Shown: positions 60,377 to 64,000 of the stretch, piece after piece
Layout: each line of letters begins with the position of its first letter
Position numbering within the stretch: the first letter of the stretch is position 1
DNA from: Azolla caroliniana
Lineage: Eukaryota > Plantae > Polypodiophyta
Reading direction: 5' to 3'
Length of the DNA: 64,000 bases
Assembly (NCBI GenBank): GCA_043228905.1
Contig: JBHGNT010000010.1
Location: 2,108,001 to 2,172,000, forward strand
The notes under the pieces: model-generated
Database searches by the model: none
What the model saw: only the letters and a program-made list of their open reading frames with translations
What the model was told of the DNA's origin: nothing
Made by a program: the position numbers and the translations under genes

Positions 60377-62192
60377 TTGATATCCTAAAGGACATTACCT
60401 CTTAAGGTATATATCTCAATTAAAGCAATAAAGCAATGAGCTCATAAGCTATTGTATTATGATGTTAGGAGTGTTATGGAGAGTTTTGATTGAGGGTTTG
60501 TCTTTGGGATTAGCTCTAAACCAATGCGGACTAGCAATATGGAATTGCTTCTTTTGCATTGTTTAAGTGGAAAATAGTACTCATTGTTTCGTACAATGTT
60601 TGATTGTTTGTAAGATTTGGAGTTACATTTCGCAAATTTGGCAAGTTTGTCATGATGTTATTTGATGCCGAGACTGTGGGTGTTTGCATAATTCACATGT
60701 CAAGTCGACCCAAAATTAGAGATGGAGATCGTTTTCCTATTCCTGAGGTGTTAGAGCTAGATCCTAATGTAAGCATATGATAAGGATATAATAGATATTT
60801 GGTGGTATCTACAAAAGTTGAAGGAAGTATTAATGTGACAATTTTCTTTATTGGAGCAAGTGGAAATTCTTTCCTTAGTGGAGTGTTTGTCTTGCTTATT
60901 GACAATTCAACATGTTTTGTTGCCCATCTAGTTAGTGGGTGACCATACTCCATTGTGACACCCATTGTAAGAGTGTTTTTCCACACATTATTAATATAAT
61001 TGTGTGTTTTCACCGAAAAAAAGAGAATATATACTAAAGGTAAAAACTTGTATAGATAAATGGGGGAATATTTCAATAATAAGAATATTACGAATCAATC
61101 TATAATAAACTATGTAATTAACACTCTATACAAGAGGAGGGAAGGCTAAGATTATATAACTATACCTTCTCACTGATTATCATGATGACAATGAGTGAGA
61201 TATTGCATGTACTATTTCAACGAGGGAGGCTTGTTTTATCATCTCATTACTTGTCATAAAAGAATGGGTGGAATATTAGACATTCTTTACATTGAATATA
61301 ATGGTTATGTTGTTTTATACACGACAAGGATGATCATTTTCTTATGACAAGGGGATGGTCTTCAATGAACACATGTGGCCTATCATACATTTGTTCACAT
61401 ATGTAATGTGAACGGCTGATCTTGTTATCTCAACATTATTTACTTTTCTGATGGATTAAAAATACATTGTAATGTGTTACTTCTATGTGTTAAGATGTGG
61501 CCTTGACCATAGTAGGGTGAAGGTGTAATTCTAACAACATTATCTACTTATTGGAGAATCTAACACATTGTCATGTGTTAACTTTCCATGTATGACAATG
61601 TGATCTTGACAGTGTCAAAGATTGAATGTAGTTCATTTAAGGGGCTGATCAACTTTTATTTCGAAACATGCAACCAAGACATGCATAAAAAACAAGTGCT
61701 TCTAAACATTAGAAAGTGAGTGTACCAAAAGGTTTCAAACTTGTATATAGTAAAATCGGTAAGAAACCTAGTCTTAAGGAAGATATTTGTCTATAAACGT
61801 GTTTGTATGTGTGGGTTGTAACTTGAATATTGTCAAATCTCATGGTTATTATTATTATTTTGTCAAAGCTTTTTATCAATGTACTTATAGTTGTTTGAGC
61901 TATTAAGGTCAATGTTGTTAGTGTTCACAAATAAATTTCTAGTAACATAATAAGCCATTTTAATGTTCCCAAATTCCCACAATTTTTATTAGTAATCCTC
62001 TTAATCTGGTTTTTTAATTTCAAAATCTTAACAATTAACAAATGTGTCTATGTTTTTTGGTGTGGATATAATTGTGTCTGTCATGCAACTTTTGATTTCG
62101 TTTCTAGTAGATTTTCTCATTTCTTTCAACACCTCTTTAAGTGTATCTTCTCGGGCATTGTGTTTCGTTTTTCATGTGGTATATAATGTTAG

Positions 62193-62431
62193 TTCTTTTT
62201 CTTTCTTTTTTGTTCCAAAATGAAGCTACTTTCCCATTAGTTAGGAAGGATTATTACAAAGAGACTGTACAAGGAGGCTTATACATAGAACGGGGAATCT
62301 CCCTCCGATCAGGTTCAAGAAAAGGAGACTAGTTACATCGCCTTTCGGACTGACTACTTAATGTAAGTACCTATAGCTAAAAACGGTGCCCTTCAGTGAT
62401 GGCTAGTACGAGACACCTCCTGGGGTCGACA
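62193..62431 (-). mobile_element. Severely 5'-truncated LINE copy (3' UTR + degenerate poly-A)
   Basis: The reverse complement aligns with 16201-16420 (e.g. CCAAAATGAAGCTACTTTCCCATTAGTTAGGAAGGATTATTACA); a T-rich tail lies at 62193-62213. Confidence 0.85.
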
Positions 62432-64000
62432 TCGAATCTTGGCATTGCATATGGTGATGTTGGTCAAATTCAATAAGCATAAATTTCTTCACAATGTATT
62501 GTAGATTTAAAAAGAAAACTAGATGTTTTTATGTCAAGTTTTGGGGTTTTTGTTTCATATATATGCCATGAAAAAATATCCACCAAGATTCTTGGAGCAA
62601 CACGACAACATGACAAGGCTTTTACAAAATATCATCCTTTGTGACTCTTCTCATTATGATTGTAAAAGTTCATTTATCATGTGAGACATCAAAAGATTTT
62701 GTGTGTTACGATCTAGTGACTTTAGAGAAGCAAAATTTGATTTGATCATACGTTACAACAATCTTCAATCCTAATAAAAAGTTATAAATATCTTTTTAAT
62801 ATTGCAATGTCAAAAGGGTCATGGTTACTATCACTTGAAAAGGATCATGGGTACAAACATGGGACTAGTGGAATCAAGGGATTCCAATGAAGATTTATTA
62901 ACATATATATGTCCTTCAATGCTTTAACCATTTGATCCAATTTACAATAATACATAAGTGGCTAATTATTTGTAACTCTTGTTTTTCTTAATGAGAGTGA
63001 GGTTTTGACATGGATTGTGTATCTCTTTCTATCATGTATTCAAAAGGAGTATGTTCTCTAGAATAGTATGAAACCATAATAACACATGTAGATATATGTA
63101 GGGTATAAGAGAATAAACAAGTGTAAAAGATGGAAAAAACAACGCTTAGATTCTAGATCATACGATAAGGGAAATGATCACCATCCACAAAGTGCCAACT
63201 CTTGGCTATCCACATTCATCCTCCACATTGAAAGTATATGATTCTCAAACATAATGCATAAAAAATTGACAAAAATGTTTATACCACCTATATTGAGCTC
63301 TACGACTCTGTATGTGTGGATGAAGATGGCTAAGGATTCATGTCATCATCACTATTTCTAGCTTTGTGTTCATAAGGAATTATTTTGCTCCATAATATAT
63401 TATCATGATGTTGCCCTTAAGTAATATGGATTAAGCTCAAGTTGATGAGTATCAATCTAAACAAGTGTCAATGATATCTTTACATTTGAAGAGTGTTAAT
63501 TGTTGGTTGTTGTAGTCCTAGTGCATAAACACATGGACAAATCCACCACTCATCACTTGACAGACTTTTGAGTTGTTTTTTTAAGAATCAAAATGTGTTT
63601 CCCAACGTCACTATCATGGCCCCATAATTGTTTTGGAGCATGTATTGTGCTTTTTGAATTTAAAATAAAAATCATTGGTGGCAATTTTGATTGGCCTATT
63701 CCAACAATTGGCATGTTCTTAGATAGGGTTTTTGCATGGTTATTGGTTTCCAATGAAGTGATTTGAAATAAATATCCCCTTCTCCTTTAGTAGCTATAAT
63801 CAAGCTGACTGTAGGTTCAATGATATGTTTTTGGGCTTGCTCAAAAAGGCAATGCCACTAGGTTACATAGTCAATGTTTTCTTAGTGAAAGATAGATTCG
63901 TTTTCATAAAGATATCAAGCTATTCATACGGTTTGCTTTAGCCTCTATAATGAAGGAGATTGCATAACTTTTTGAGCACTTTTGTTTGGAAGTCAATTGT

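Noticed and set aside
62500-63900. Faint Mutator-like transposase traces (WNQGIP, FDW..LHGYW)
   Set aside because: Too degraded to support by eye; needs a translated HMM search.

Overview
Eukaryotic land-plant genomic DNA. A fern or other seed-free plant is likely, inferred from a Tcn1-like chromovirus and a very long PLS-class PPR gene; this is not proven. Host genes: an intronless NXPE/PC-esterase-like SGNH acyltransferase (8711-10495, -), a small conserved plant protein (19315-19815, -), a VQ-motif protein whose motif is cut by the ORF track (20455-21396, -), a 13-coding-exon VPS15 (47010-54039, +) and a PLS-E PPR gene (55323-58496, -). A processed RPL15 pseudogene (18363-18970, -) is absent from the ORF track. 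The centre (21900-43270) is a nest of up to six LTR retrotransposon layers, and three of its junctions carry readable target-site duplications. The Ty3/Gypsy member has no tRNA PBS. It instead shows a full Tf1-type self-priming arrangement, a -1 frameshift cassette, and an anomalous 84-bp PPT-containing extension beyond its 5' LTR. The flanks hold LINE 3' ends, a hAT-type MITE, a probable Helitron end, tandem repeats and one 100-N gap. I found no system I can claim as wholly new; the strongest leads are the RNA/DNA structures in the LTRs and two hidden or uncharacterised host genes. All alignments were done by eye.
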